Shown: positions 21,274 to 31,420 of the stretch, piece after piece
How positions within the stretch are numbered: position 1 is the stretch's first letter
How the letters are laid out: each line of letters starts with the position of its first letter
Assembly (NCBI GenBank): GCA_963721455.1
Contig: CAVRJG010000039.1
Coordinates: forward strand, 96,001 to 160,000
DNA: 64,000 nt
Reading direction: 5' to 3'
Source: an uncultured Methanosarcinaceae archaeon
Lineage (GTDB): Archaea > Halobacteriota > Methanosarcinia > Methanosarcinales > Methanosarcinaceae
The notes under the pieces: generated by a model
The model's database searches: none
The model's input: only the letters and a program-made list of their open reading frames with translations
Told to the model about the DNA's origin: nothing
Made by a program: the position numbers and the translations under genes

Positions 21274-21476
21274 AAGAATAAATCGGAGAGCCTGTGGCAC
21301 ATCTCGTTTCCGGAACAGGCCGGATAGAGGGTATTCCGCAAATATGAGATAGAATTCAGAGAAAAAGATCCATAGTACTGCAAAATAGGAGAATGAAACC
21401 CAAATATAACCCTAAAATAGAATGAGTTAAAGGGTTGGATTTCAGTCAGGGGATAAAATTTTGTTGGGGAGAGGTG

Positions 21477-21716
21477 TTAGTTGATGGATGTGAGGGAATC
21501 ATCGAAATCGACCAGTACACTCTCTCTTGATTGAATTTTAGAGGAGGTACATTCCATTTCCACAGCGTTTTCGTTAACAATGGAGCCATGAGTTCCGGTG
21601 CGTTCAAGGAAAAATTGAACCTCATCAAGTTCAGGCTCTCGGAAATGATCCATTTCGAGAATATCCATAATAACACTCAACACGTTTTTGTGTAAGTGAT
21701 TAGTGATTCGGGTCAT
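21477..21716 (-). CDS. Small hypothetical protein
   Basis: 79-aa ATG ORF with protein-like acidic composition in an otherwise empty gap. Confidence 0.45.
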   Translation of the reverse strand: MTRITNHLHKNVLSVIMDILEMDHFREPELDEVQFFLERTGTHGSIVNENAVEMECTSSKIQSRESVLVDFDDSLTSIN

Positions 21717-21914
21717 CGGGAATAAACACTATGTACCAAGTATTAATAATTTGCGGCAAACGCAAAGCATTTTGAAAAGAAACAAACACGCTTATTAATA
21801 TATAAATGTTGTGCCAGAGATACAGGAGCTTACCTCCCACAAAATGTTATCGAAGATAGATAAAAAATATAGTTGTTTTTGAAACCGGACCTCCTTTCGT
21901 AAATTAATAAGCTA

Positions 21915-21988
21915 TTCCTTAATTTATTTCTCTTAAGCCATCCCTTAATTTATTTCTCTTAAGCCATTCCTTAATTTATTTCTCTTAT
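21915..21988. repeat. 26-bp tandem repeat x~3
   Basis: CCTTAATTTATTTCTCTTAAGCCA-based unit repeated downstream of feoB. Confidence 0.85.
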
Positions 21989-22130
21989 CCTTACCTCAAT
22001 CTGTGTTTTCATGATCATTTCTTCTACTCAGAAAGGAGAAAGAAAAGAAGTAAAAAAGACAAAAGAGATCTGAGAAAAAAAATAAAAAAGACAAAAAAGA
22101 CCTGGAAAAGATAAAAAAGGAAAGGAGAAG

Positions 22131-24110
22131 TCAAAGGAAAGAAGGCCCGAAAACCCGGATCAAAACGCCCACTCCAAGCGCCAGAAATATGGTGAAAAGA
22201 ACTATCGAAACCGTATCTTTTACTCCGAGCTCGTGTTTAAGTACCGCAATCGTTGCCACACACGGGATATAAATAGTCGTAATTACAGCAAACTCGTACA
22301 TCTGAACAGGTGTCATTACAGCTGCAAAGTTGGCTGTGCCTGCCAATACGGCCAGGATCTGAAGCGCCATTTCCTTTCGAAGAATTCCAAAAACCAGAGC
22401 TGTTGCAGCGAATGCCGGAAGGCCAAGCAAGCCCACGGATACAGGCTCTACAAAATCCTGGAAGATCGAAAGAAGGCCCAGGGCATCGGCAACTCCGAGA
22501 AACGCACTTCCAACAAGCAGAAGCGGGAAAGCAATATAGAGAAACTCCCGGCTTTTCATCCAGGTTTTCCTGAGGGTAGATTTCAGCTCCGGCTTTCGGA
22601 GGGGAGTCATTTCCATGATAAAGCCGCTTCTCTGACCTGGCAGAGCCCTTCCGAGAATCCAGCCCATGCCGGCAATAATAAGGATATCCAGAACATATAT
22701 CGAAACCGCCGGCCAAAAGCCTACGAAAGTTCCCACAAGCCCCAGGATTATAACTGTCCTGGCAGAGCAGGGAATCAGAGATATAAGGAGGGCAGCTATC
22801 CTCTTTTCCCGCCGCGTGCCAAGGGCATGCACTGCCATAATCGCAGGGACGTTGCAGCCAAAGCCAAGAACCAGCGGGATCACAGCTCTCCCGTGAAGCC
22901 CGAGCTTATGAGTGAGATTATCCAGCAGAAAAGCTGCCCTGGTGAGATAGCCCGAATCCTCGAATATGGAAAGAATAGCGTAAAAGACTGCAATATAAGG
23001 AATTGCAATTGCAAATCCTGCCTCTACTCCCCGAAGAGAATAGAGGATCAGGTTTCTCAGGATAGGCGGCATGCCTGAAGTCGCGGTCTCGACCGGCAGG
23101 ATCACATGGGGCTCGAAGACTTCAGTCACAATCCAGGTCTCAAGGAACCCTCCTACCCGAAAGACAAGAAGGAAAGTAAGGAGCAGGGCGGATATGAGCA
23201 CCAGAATCCCGAAGTTCGGGGAAGTGAGGATCGCATCTATTCTTTCCCTCAAGCTTTTTTTGGGCTCGAACCTTGAGACCACGCTGTCTACTATGTATCC
23301 GGCTTCCCCATAGAGGTCTCTTGCAACTGTATCAGGTACCGAGATCCTGTGTTCCATTTCCAGGTTCTGCCTTAACCGCCTGGCAGAAGAGAGCAGGGCA
23401 TTAGCCTCAGGCGGCATACAGCAGAGTTCCACAAACTCGGCATCGTTCAGGAGGGCTGCAATCTTTACGCTCGGAGATGCATTGGGAAAGGAATAGTCCA
23501 GGTTGGAAAGAGCCTGCCGGATCCAGGGGCTGTACCCTACTCTGTGATGTTTCTGAACTTTCCCCTGTTCTGCAAGGGCCACAAGCATTACTTCATCAAG
23601 CCCTACCCCCCAGGTCGCAACCGTTGGCACTACAGGCAGTCCAAGCATTTCGGAGAGCCCGTCCGCATCAATAAGGACCCCGAGATTTGCAGCCATATCT
23701 ACCTGATTTAACGCAAGAACCATAGGGATATCGAGTTCCAGAAGCTGCAGGGTCAGGTATAGATTTCTCTCAAGCCTGCTCGCATCAAGGACATTGATAA
23801 TGATATCCGGCTGGTCCTCGATGAGGAATCTCTTGGTTACCTTCTCGTCTTCGTTTGTAGCTCCAAGGGAATAAATTCCAGGCAGGTCAATTACTTCAAT
23901 AGTCTTTCCCCGGGCCTTTACAATTCCCCTTTTAAGTGCAACTGTCGTGCCAGGGTAATTTGAGACCTCGACACCTACCCCTGTAAGCCTGCTGAAGAAA
24001 ACGCTTTTTCCAACGCTTGGGTTGCCTATGAAGGCAATTGTCATATCATATGGGGTTTTGCTCTTACTTCCGCTTCCGGAGGTACAGCATGAGCTGGAAA
24101 TTCCTATCAC
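22131..24110 (-). CDS. feoB: Ferrous iron transporter FeoB
   Basis: GNPSVGKS, SNYPGTTV, DLPG and NQVD G-motifs; GFGCNVPA gate motif. Confidence 0.96.
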   Translation of the reverse strand: MIGISSSCCTSGSGSKSKTPYDMTIAFIGNPSVGKSVFFSRLTGVGVEVSNYPGTTVALKRGIVKARGKTIEVIDLPGIYSLGATNEDEKVTKRFLIEDQPDIIINVLDASRLERNLYLTLQLLELDIPMVLALNQVDMAANLGVLIDADGLSEMLGLPVVPTVATWGVGLDEVMLVALAEQGKVQKHHRVGYSPWIRQALSNLDYSFPNASPSVKIAALLNDAEFVELCCMPPEANALLSSARRLRQNLEMEHRISVPDTVARDLYGEAGYIVDSVVSRFEPKKSLRERIDAILTSPNFGILVLISALLLTFLLVFRVGGFLETWIVTEVFEPHVILPVETATSGMPPILRNLILYSLRGVEAGFAIAIPYIAVFYAILSIFEDSGYLTRAAFLLDNLTHKLGLHGRAVIPLVLGFGCNVPAIMAVHALGTRREKRIAALLISLIPCSARTVIILGLVGTFVGFWPAVSIYVLDILIIAGMGWILGRALPGQRSGFIMEMTPLRKPELKSTLRKTWMKSREFLYIAFPLLLVGSAFLGVADALGLLSIFQDFVEPVSVGLLGLPAFAATALVFGILRKEMALQILAVLAGTANFAAVMTPVQMYEFAVITTIYIPCVATIAVLKHELGVKDTVSIVLFTIFLALGVGVLIRVFGPSFL

Positions 24111-24158
24111 GTCTCCAGTAATTTTACTCCGTGCCAGTTATATTCCTTCTCTGCCCCT

Positions 24159-24833
24159 TTACAGGCTTTTGCTTTTCGGAGTTATGAAGATTTTCTTTGC
24201 AATATCCCTTCCGAGAGCAATTTCCGACCCTACTGCTATAACCGATATGCAACCCTGTTTTTGCTTGCGCCTGACTTCAATATCTTCTCCAGTAAGGATA
24301 CCGAGGGAGGTCAGGCGCTCCTTTGTCTCCCTGGGAAGGGTTACCCGAGCAACTTTGCCGGAACTTCCTTCTTCCATTTCATCAAGGGGAATGAATTTTT
24401 CCTCTCGCCTGATATTATTTTTATCGATATTGATAGGGTTCCCGTCAGGGCAGTATTCGGGACTCCCCAGAAATTCGTAGAGCCTTTCAAGTACGGCATC
24501 AGATACTGCGTGTTCAAGTTCGCAGGCTTCTTTGTGAGCTTCTTTCCTATCGAAGTCAAGGACATCAGCCAGGAAAGTTTCAAGCACCTGGTGTTTCCTT
24601 TTAATCCTGACAGCCTGGTCAGTTCCTTTTTCTGTCAATTCGACACCCTGATAAGGTGTGTACTCTACAAGTCCCGAAGAATATAATTTTTTTATCATTT
24701 CCGTCACGCTCGGCGGAGATACATTGAGTTCTTCCGAGATTTGTTTGGTCTTTGCAGGACCCTGGTTCTTTCTAATAAGGTAAAGAATAGTTTCAAGATA
24801 TTCATCAAATCGATCCGTATGCATTAACACCAT
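24159..24833 (-). CDS. DtxR/MntR family metal-dependent regulator with FeoA domain
   Basis: EYLETI, VSPPSVTEMIKKL, RKHQVLE, EACELEH and CPDGNPI motifs; FeoA-like C-terminus. Confidence 0.93.
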   Translation of the reverse strand: MVLMHTDRFDEYLETILYLIRKNQGPAKTKQISEELNVSPPSVTEMIKKLYSSGLVEYTPYQGVELTEKGTDQAVRIKRKHQVLETFLADVLDFDRKEAHKEACELEHAVSDAVLERLYEFLGSPEYCPDGNPINIDKNNIRREEKFIPLDEMEEGSSGKVARVTLPRETKERLTSLGILTGEDIEVRRKQKQGCISVIAVGSEIALGRDIAKKIFITPKSKSL

Positions 24834-24867
24834 CCCGCCAATAAAGGCCTGACTTCAGACCAGATAA

Positions 24868-24881
24868 TTAGGACAACCTAA
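24868..24881. promoter_or_regulatory. Putative DtxR-family operator
   Basis: TTAGG-ACAA-CCTAA palindrome 35 bp upstream of the regulator-feoB operon. Confidence 0.65.
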
Positions 24882-25022
24882 AAAACATAACTGCCTGAAT
24901 AAATAACTTTTGGTTTTTGACTATTTACATTTATTCTAAGGATTAAGAAACAAAAATGCCGTGGATTCAACTTAAATTGCTGAAGTCGGAAAAAAATAGA
25001 AAGGAAGGATTTTGGAAGCAAT

Positions 25023-25502
25023 TCAGGAATTAATCGATTTAAGGACAGCGATTTCATTACAATCCGGAAACTTGGGGCATCTTAGACAGCCGGACCAGAT
25101 TTTCCGGGGAAGGCTGTTTTTGTCCACAACCTTAAAGCCCAGGGTTTCAAAAAAACCAGGCACATAAGTAAGTGCAAAGACTTCCTTCATGCCAAGGTTT
25201 TCAGCATCCTCAAGGCAGGCCGAGACAAGCTTTGCACCTATTCCTTTTCTTGCACATTTGGGGTTCACGGCAAGGGCAAGTATCTCTGCAAGGTCTTCCC
25301 ATACTACATGCAGGGCACAGCAGCCCACAACTTCTCCATCAATCTCGCAGACGTAATAATCCCTGATGCTCTCGTATATCTCACTCAGAGAACGGGCAAG
25401 CATCAGCTCATCCTTCGAATAAGTATTGATAATCTGCTTCATTACAACGACGTCATCTACCCTGGCTTTCCGGATCAATTCCTGTTTCCTCTGAAGTGGC
25501 AT
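25023..25502 (-). CDS. GNAT acetyltransferase, ArgA-like (short N-acetylglutamate synthase)
   Basis: GCCALHVVWEDLAEILALAV, RKGIG, VFALTY and LPRKIWSGC motifs. Confidence 0.85.
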   Translation of the reverse strand: MPLQRKQELIRKARVDDVVVMKQIINTYSKDELMLARSLSEIYESIRDYYVCEIDGEVVGCCALHVVWEDLAEILALAVNPKCARKGIGAKLVSACLEDAENLGMKEVFALTYVPGFFETLGFKVVDKNSLPRKIWSGCLRCPKFPDCNEIAVLKSINS

Positions 25503-25754
25503 TTTATTTTCTAATATAATAGGCTGTTATAGAACAGACTGTTAGGGCTTATGATTTTAAAACTGTACTGTGTACCAGCTATGGAATTACTTGCTTTCCA
25601 GATAAGAGATTTTCCATAGTCTATAAATATATCCTATAATTCAAGAAGATCCGGGTCTCCTTCTGAGTCGGCAGAGCATCCAGAAAGCATTAGAGTCCTA
25701 AAATAAACCTTTATTTCTGGATAAAACTGACAAAAGTAGGTTAAAGAAAATTAG

Positions 25755-25829
25755 CGGGCGCGAAGGGATTTGAACCCCCGATTTACAGCTTAGGAGGCTG
25801 CCGCCATATCCGGGCTAGGCCACACGCCC
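25755..25829 (-). tRNA. tRNA-Arg(CCT)
   Basis: GGGCGTG...CGCGCCCG cloverleaf; anticodon arm GCAGC-CTCCTAA-GCTGT; GGTTCAAATCC T-arm. Confidence 0.96.
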
Positions 25830-25997
25830 ACGAAACGCTTCCTGAGAATACAGCCTTGCAACTGCCTGCTTAATCTGCATTTCAGGTGAAGTAACCATAA
25901 TACCGGTATAAGATGTATATCTAATTATCGCTCCGAAAAGGAAAAATGCACGCCTGAGAAAACAAGAGTTGAATTTTCCGGAAAGTTTTAAATCCAA

Positions 25998-26027
25998 TGT
26001 AAACCATTGATCCTAGAGAGGTTAACA
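25998..26027. promoter_or_regulatory. BirA operator (biotin box)
   Basis: TGTAAAC-N16-GTTAACA upstream of bioY matches the conserved BirA site. Confidence 0.8.
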
Positions 26028-26300
26028 ATACCTTATGTTTACAATGGGCTCTCTATCCATCAGGGGTTGGAGATTAACATTTATAGAGTTGCTGCTGTGG
26101 GGCTGACGAGGTACAGTCAGTTTCAGTCCGTATCGATTAGTTTCAGTCTATATCAGTCAGTTTCAGTCACTACTACACCTTTACTTTCCACCGGATTGTG
26201 TTTACCTGCCAATTTAGGTTTAAGAATCCTTGACAAGCCTGAAAAAGGCGAAAAAATGAGAAGAGCAGAGTAAAAGTAAAAATCGATAAGAGGAAAAAGT

Positions 26301-26864
26301 GTGCATATAAAAAACAATCGTTCCTATTCTTCCCATACTTCTGAACTCAGGATGATGGTCTTTGCATCCCTTTTTGCAGCCCTGACTGCCGCAGGAGCTT
26401 ACATACAGATCCCTATGCCTTTCTCCCCTGTCCCCATCACACTACAGGTCTTCTTTGTTCTGCTTGCCGGGAGCATGTTGAAAAGCAAATGGGGAGGCCT
26501 GAGCATGATAGTGTATACCCTGCTTGGCATTGCCGGGCTTCCTGTTTTTGCAGGAGGCAGTTCCGGAGTGGGAGTGCTCCTTGGGCCGACAGGCGGGTAC
26601 ATAGTCGGTTTCATTCTTGCTGCTTATATTATAGGAAAGCTTTCCGAGAAGGCTGAAAATGCTGCCAGCCCCGGTCTACTCATTAATGCCCTTAACATGA
26701 GCATAGGAGTCCTCGTTATCTACGCCTGCGGGATTTCTCAATTGATGCTGGTGGCTGAGATAGGACCCGGAACAGCCCTTGCCCTTGGGGTCATTCCTTT
26801 TCTGCCTGGAGAAATCGTAAAAACTGCAATTGCCGCGTACATTGCTTCAACTCATGAACTTTAA
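26301..26864 (+). CDS. bioY: Biotin ECF S-component BioY
   Basis: PVPITLQVF, GLPVFAGG, GPTGGYIVGF and PFLPGE motifs. Confidence 0.95.
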   Translation: MHIKNNRSYSSHTSELRMMVFASLFAALTAAGAYIQIPMPFSPVPITLQVFFVLLAGSMLKSKWGGLSMIVYTLLGIAGLPVFAGGSSGVGVLLGPTGGYIVGFILAAYIIGKLSEKAENAASPGLLINALNMSIGVLVIYACGISQLMLVAEIGPGTALALGVIPFLPGEIVKTAIAAYIASTHEL

Positions 26865-26951
26865 AGCCCCCTGGCTTCTAATTTTTTCTGTAAAAAAGAA
26901 ACCGGAGTTTTTCGGAGAATTTAAAACAAGGAAATGAAAGTTTGATTAAGT

Positions 26952-27776
26952 ATGATCAGGCTCGAAAAAGTAAGTTATAATTATCCTGATGGGACCCCTG
27001 CGCTTGAAAACATAAATCTGGCGATAAGAAAAGGGGAATTCATAGGGATAATAGGCAAAAACGGTAGCGGAAAGTCCACACTTGCCCTCCAGCTTAACGG
27101 GCTCCTGAAACCCCAGAAAGGCAGAGTAATGATAAGGGAAATGGATACCCGTGACCCTTCAAAGCTCCCAGGAATCAGGAAGCTCGTAGGTGTCGTATTC
27201 CAGAATCCTGAAACTCAATTTGTGGGCAGGACAGTCGAAGAAGATCTTGCTTTCGGCCCCGAGAATCTTTGCCTTCCTCCTGTGGAAATCAGGAAATGCG
27301 TGGATATGGCCCTTGCCGAAACAGGGCTTGAGAAATACAGGCATCGTTCCCCAAAAAATCTGAGTGGAGGGCAGGGACAGTGTGTAGCCCTGGCAGGAAT
27401 CCTTGCAATGAGGCCTGAATGCCTTATTTTTGATGAGGTAACTTCCATGCTTGACCCGGATTCCGGAACTGCTGTCCTCGAAAGCATAAAAAAACTGCAC
27501 CGAAAAGGCAAAACCATTGTATATATTACCCACAATCTCGAAGAGCTTCATGCTGCAGACAGAATTATTGTCATGGAAAAAGGGAGAATAATGCTTGAAG
27601 GGGATCCTGAGAGCGTTTTTTCGAACGATTCCCTTCAAACCCTTGGGCTAGCCCTGCCTTCCCTGATTGAGCTGGCAGAGCACCTAAAAACTAACGGGGT
27701 CGAAATCCCCTGGGAAAAAACCTCTTCCCCCCACAGCTTTGCAGAGGAAATATGCCGATTATTCTTGAAAACGTGA
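26952..27776 (+). CDS. ECF transporter ATPase (EcfA1/CbiO-like)
   Basis: GKNGSGKST, VFQNPETQ, LSGGQ and FDE motifs. Confidence 0.93.
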   Translation: MIRLEKVSYNYPDGTPALENINLAIRKGEFIGIIGKNGSGKSTLALQLNGLLKPQKGRVMIREMDTRDPSKLPGIRKLVGVVFQNPETQFVGRTVEEDLAFGPENLCLPPVEIRKCVDMALAETGLEKYRHRSPKNLSGGQGQCVALAGILAMRPECLIFDEVTSMLDPDSGTAVLESIKKLHRKGKTIVYITHNLEELHAADRIIVMEKGRIMLEGDPESVFSNDSLQTLGLALPSLIELAEHLKTNGVEIPWEKTSSPHSFAEEICRLFLKT

Positions 27777-28606
27777 GTTTCTCCTATTCCAGTAAGACCC
27801 CTCTCGAAACTCCTGCTTTAAGAGACATCAACTTGCGGATAGAAAAAGGAGAATTCGTGGGGATACTGGGAGAAAAAGGTGCAGGAAAGTCAACTCTCAT
27901 AAAAATATTTAACGGACTTTTGAAGCCGGAAACCGGAACCGTGCGCGTTGACGGGCTCGACCCTTCCTCAAGAGAGGCAAAACGCAGGATAGGAATGGTT
28001 TTTCAACAGGCTGCAGACCAGCTCTTTTGCAGGACCATATATGAGGAAATAGCTTTCGGACCTCTAAACTTCGGGCATTCGGAAAAAGAAACAGAGGAAA
28101 GGGTTTATGAAGCGCTTGAAGCTGTTTCTCTTGACCGGGCCGTGCTTTCTCGGGACCCTTTCAGCCTTAGTGGAGGAGAAATGCAAAGGATCGCCCTTGC
28201 AAGCGCCCTTGCACTCAGGCCGGATTACCTGGTACTGGACGAACCCATAACAGGGCTTGATCCTGTTGGGAAAAAGGAAATCCTCGAGGCTCTTAAAAAA
28301 ATAAAAGACCGGGGAACTACGGTTATAACAGTAACCCATAACCTTAAAGGGTTTTTTCCGCTGCTTGAAAGAATCGTGCTCATCAGGGAAGGAAGGATAG
28401 CTTTCCAGGGCAGCAGGGAAAAATACCTTGAAACCGGCTGCTCACCTCTTCCGCCTATCGCATCCCTGATGAAGGAACTCAGAGCAAGAGGTATGCCCGT
28501 AAACCCTGCAGTATTCACGGTTGAAGATGCTCTTGAAGAGATATTGAGAGTGAAATCCGCAATTGAAAAAGAAAATTATGAGAACAGTCCGGGTAAGAGA
28601 ATATAA
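27752..28606 (+). CDS. ECF transporter ATPase (EcfA2)
   Basis: GEKGAGKST, DPFSLSGGE and LDEP motifs. Confidence 0.93.
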   Translation: MPIILENVSFSYSSKTPLETPALRDINLRIEKGEFVGILGEKGAGKSTLIKIFNGLLKPETGTVRVDGLDPSSREAKRRIGMVFQQAADQLFCRTIYEEIAFGPLNFGHSEKETEERVYEALEAVSLDRAVLSRDPFSLSGGEMQRIALASALALRPDYLVLDEPITGLDPVGKKEILEALKKIKDRGTTVITVTHNLKGFFPLLERIVLIREGRIAFQGSREKYLETGCSPLPPIASLMKELRARGMPVNPAVFTVEDALEEILRVKSAIEKENYENSPGKRI

Positions 28607-28744
28607 CCTGGTAAGAAACTGCTGTCCGAATACGAAATTGTTGAAGAGTAATGTGATCGACAAAGTGCTACATGTGTTTTAAACGGAAAGCACCGGAAAA
28701 AGAATTCCTGAAAAATACTTTAAAAAGGACAAACACGAGAAAAC

Positions 28745-29518
28745 ATGCAGGAGCCTTTCTTCAGTTATGTGCCTGGGACTTCCCTTCTCCACAGGCTTGA
28801 CCCCAGAACAAAAATTGCAGCAGTAATGCTACTTGGAATTCTGGCGTTCAGGATTGAGAATTTTGCAGGAATAGGGGCTCTTTTCGTGCTTTTCTCTGCC
28901 CTCGCTTCGCTTTCAGGGTTGCCAATGAAGATATTTTTAAGGGCAGTCAGGCCTATGGCGCTGTTTATGATTTTCATATTTCTTGCGCAGCTATTCTTCA
29001 CCGATGGAAGAGCTTTTGCTTCATTTGGGGTTCTGCAGCCGAGCCTGGAAGGGCTGGAAAAGGGGCTCAGGCTTGTTGCCCGATTTATACTTCTTCTGCT
29101 TTTTGCAGCCCTTCTGACAGCCAGTACAGATCCGTCTGCAATCACCTGCGGTATAGAAAGAATGCTCAGACCTCTACCTCTGCGCTGGCTGGGAATCAGC
29201 TCCTTTGAGCTTGCTACAATGATGAATATCTCTATAGCGTTTCTCCCCCTTCTTTTCGAGAGAGTGGAGCGGACAAAAGCGGCACAGGCTGCAAGGGGAA
29301 TGGATTTTGTAAAGAATCCTTTCCATTCGGTTCCTGCCCTTGCCATTCCCCTGCTGAGAGGCGTAATCAGGGACGCGGAAGAACTGGCCCTCGCGATGGA
29401 GAGCAGGGGTTATCAGGGAATGCGCAGAACCTCAATGCATGAGCTTTCCATGCAGAAAAGAGACTGGAAAGCCCTTTTTATCCTTGTACTTATTGCCGTC
29501 CTGATCCTGAGCCTCTGA
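28745..29518 (+). CDS. ecfT: ECF transporter transmembrane component EcfT
   Basis: HRLDPRTK, AQAARG and AMESRGY motifs. Confidence 0.93.
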   Translation: MQEPFFSYVPGTSLLHRLDPRTKIAAVMLLGILAFRIENFAGIGALFVLFSALASLSGLPMKIFLRAVRPMALFMIFIFLAQLFFTDGRAFASFGVLQPSLEGLEKGLRLVARFILLLLFAALLTASTDPSAITCGIERMLRPLPLRWLGISSFELATMMNISIAFLPLLFERVERTKAAQAARGMDFVKNPFHSVPALAIPLLRGVIRDAEELALAMESRGYQGMRRTSMHELSMQKRDWKALFILVLIAVLILSL

Positions 29519-29597
29519 AAACAGGTAATGAAAAGGTTTTAAGAAAAATAACGACTTTTACAGTCTCTCCAATTGTCGCAGTCATCAAAAAGACATT

Positions 29598-29623
29598 AAT
29601 ATATGAACAGTTGTTCATATATT
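29598..29623. promoter_or_regulatory. ArsR/SmtB 12-2-12 operator
   Basis: Perfect inverted repeat AATATATGAACA-GT-TGTTCATATATT abutting the ArsR start codon. Confidence 0.9.
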
Positions 29624-29624
29624 C

Positions 29625-29972
29625 ATGCAAGATAAATGTGAAAGAGTGAACGCAAAGCAGATAGGAAACCTGCTGCAAAAGGTTCCCGATGCAGAAAGTA
29701 TCACGCGGATGGCTGCGGTTTTTCAGGCGCTCCAGTCCGATACTCGCCTGAAGATCCTTTTTTTGCTAAGGCAAAAAGAGATGTGTGTTTGCGAACTCGA
29801 GCAGGCCCTCGATGTCACTCAGTCCGCAGTCTCGCATGGCCTCCGCACCCTCAGGCAGCTTGACCTCGTGCGGGTCAGGAGGGAAGGAAAATTCACGGTT
29901 TATTACATCGCAGACGAGCATATCCGCACACTGATTGAGATGTGCCGCGAACATGTGGAGGAAAAAACATGA
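29625..29972 (+). CDS. ArsR/SmtB family metal-sensing repressor
   Basis: RLKIL, EMCVCEL, TQSAVSHGLR and DEH...EH (alpha5-type site) motifs. Confidence 0.93.
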   Translation: MQDKCERVNAKQIGNLLQKVPDAESITRMAAVFQALQSDTRLKILFLLRQKEMCVCELEQALDVTQSAVSHGLRTLRQLDLVRVRREGKFTVYYIADEHIRTLIEMCREHVEEKT

Positions 29973-31339
29973 GCTTTGAACTCCTGAGTGCCATTCTGAC
30001 CCTTTTCTCAGGCATCCTCCTCGCATCCTGGGAAATCTTTGTAGAGGCGGCTCCCTATCTTATTTTCGGCCTGGGGATTGCAGGCCTTCTCAATGCCCTG
30101 GTTCCTGATCAGAAAATCGTGGATTACCTTGGAGCATCGGCAGGAAGAGTCCGTTCTGTTGTCAATGCTGCTCTGGTAGGGCTTCCCCTGCCACTGTGCT
30201 CCTGCGGAGTGATACCTGCCGCTATGTCGATAAGAAAAAGGGGAGCAAATAGAGGCGCAACTATTTCTTTCCTTATCTCGACTCCCGAGACAGGAGTGGA
30301 CTCGATAGCAATTACCTATGCTCTCCTTGACCCTCTGATGACAGTCTTCCGACCGCTTGCTGCCTTTATGACTGCCATCCTTGCAGGGCTTGCGGACAAC
30401 TTTTTGATAGGGGAAGAGCCTGAAAAAAAGCACCTGAAAAAACCGGAAAACTCCGGGAAAAAAGCAGGAGTTCTCGCAGTCTCAACTTTGGCTGGAGCTT
30501 CCATACAGGGAAACTCGTGCAACCTTCCTGCCTGCAGCTGCAACAGGCCTGTGGACTCAGGCGATGAAAAAGCTGAAGACACTGTAGTAAAAGCCATAGA
30601 AGTAAAAACTGCAGGAGCAAGGCCTCTGGAAATCAGCTATAAATCTGTTGAAGGTATCCGGAATCTTGCCCTGTCCAGTCCATCCCTCCCAAAAAATGCT
30701 TCATCATGCGGCTGCGGAAGCTGTGGGTGTGGAGAAAAAGAATCCGGAACAGGCGGAAAAAATAAAGAGTCCGTAAAAGACCAGTTCGTCAAAGGGATAA
30801 AGTATGCGTATATTGAGCTGCCAGGAGAGATTTCAAAATGGATGCTGGTCGGAATCCTGTTTGCTGGAGTTATTTCTTACGCAATCCCCGAAGACCTTAT
30901 CCAGAATTACCTGGGAGGCGGCCTTGGGTCAATGCTGATCATGCTTTTAGTGGGAATCCCCCTTTACATCTGCGCTACAGCTTCTACCCCTCTTGCCGCA
31001 AGTCTCGTAGCCAAGGGAATGAGTCCGGGCACAGCCCTTGTTTTTCTCCTGGCAGGTCCGGCAACCAATGCAGCAACTATAACGATGGTTGCCCGCTTCC
31101 TGGGAAAACGTTCGGCAGCCCTTTATCTGGGAGTGATTTCACTCTGTGCCCTCGGGGCAGGAATCCTGCTGGACTGGTTTTACTTGAAACTCGGGGTCAG
31201 CGCAACTGCAACCGTGGGAACTGCAAAAGAATTACTTCCCGAAGACCTGAAGGTATTTTTTGCGGTTTTACTGCTTCCTCTTATGTTATACGGAACTTTC
31301 CGCAGGGAAAAAGGGTGTAGTTGCTCCGATTGTCACTAA
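29969..31339 (+). CDS. DUF318/SO_0444-type heavy-metal permease
   Basis: PLCSCGVIP, STPETG, PLYICATASTP and AGPATN motifs; Cys-rich central loop and C-terminus. Confidence 0.88.
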   Translation: MSFELLSAILTLFSGILLASWEIFVEAAPYLIFGLGIAGLLNALVPDQKIVDYLGASAGRVRSVVNAALVGLPLPLCSCGVIPAAMSIRKRGANRGATISFLISTPETGVDSIAITYALLDPLMTVFRPLAAFMTAILAGLADNFLIGEEPEKKHLKKPENSGKKAGVLAVSTLAGASIQGNSCNLPACSCNRPVDSGDEKAEDTVVKAIEVKTAGARPLEISYKSVEGIRNLALSSPSLPKNASSCGCGSCGCGEKESGTGGKNKESVKDQFVKGIKYAYIELPGEISKWMLVGILFAGVISYAIPEDLIQNYLGGGLGSMLIMLLVGIPLYICATASTPLAASLVAKGMSPGTALVFLLAGPATNAATITMVARFLGKRSAALYLGVISLCALGAGILLDWFYLKLGVSATATVGTAKELLPEDLKVFFAVLLLPLMLYGTFRREKGCSCSDCH

Positions 31340-31420
31340 AATAAAAGGATAGATGAGAATAATAAGGAAGATAAGAAAAGTACCAGAATAATATAAATCC
31401 TCAAAAATAGAATATCCAAT

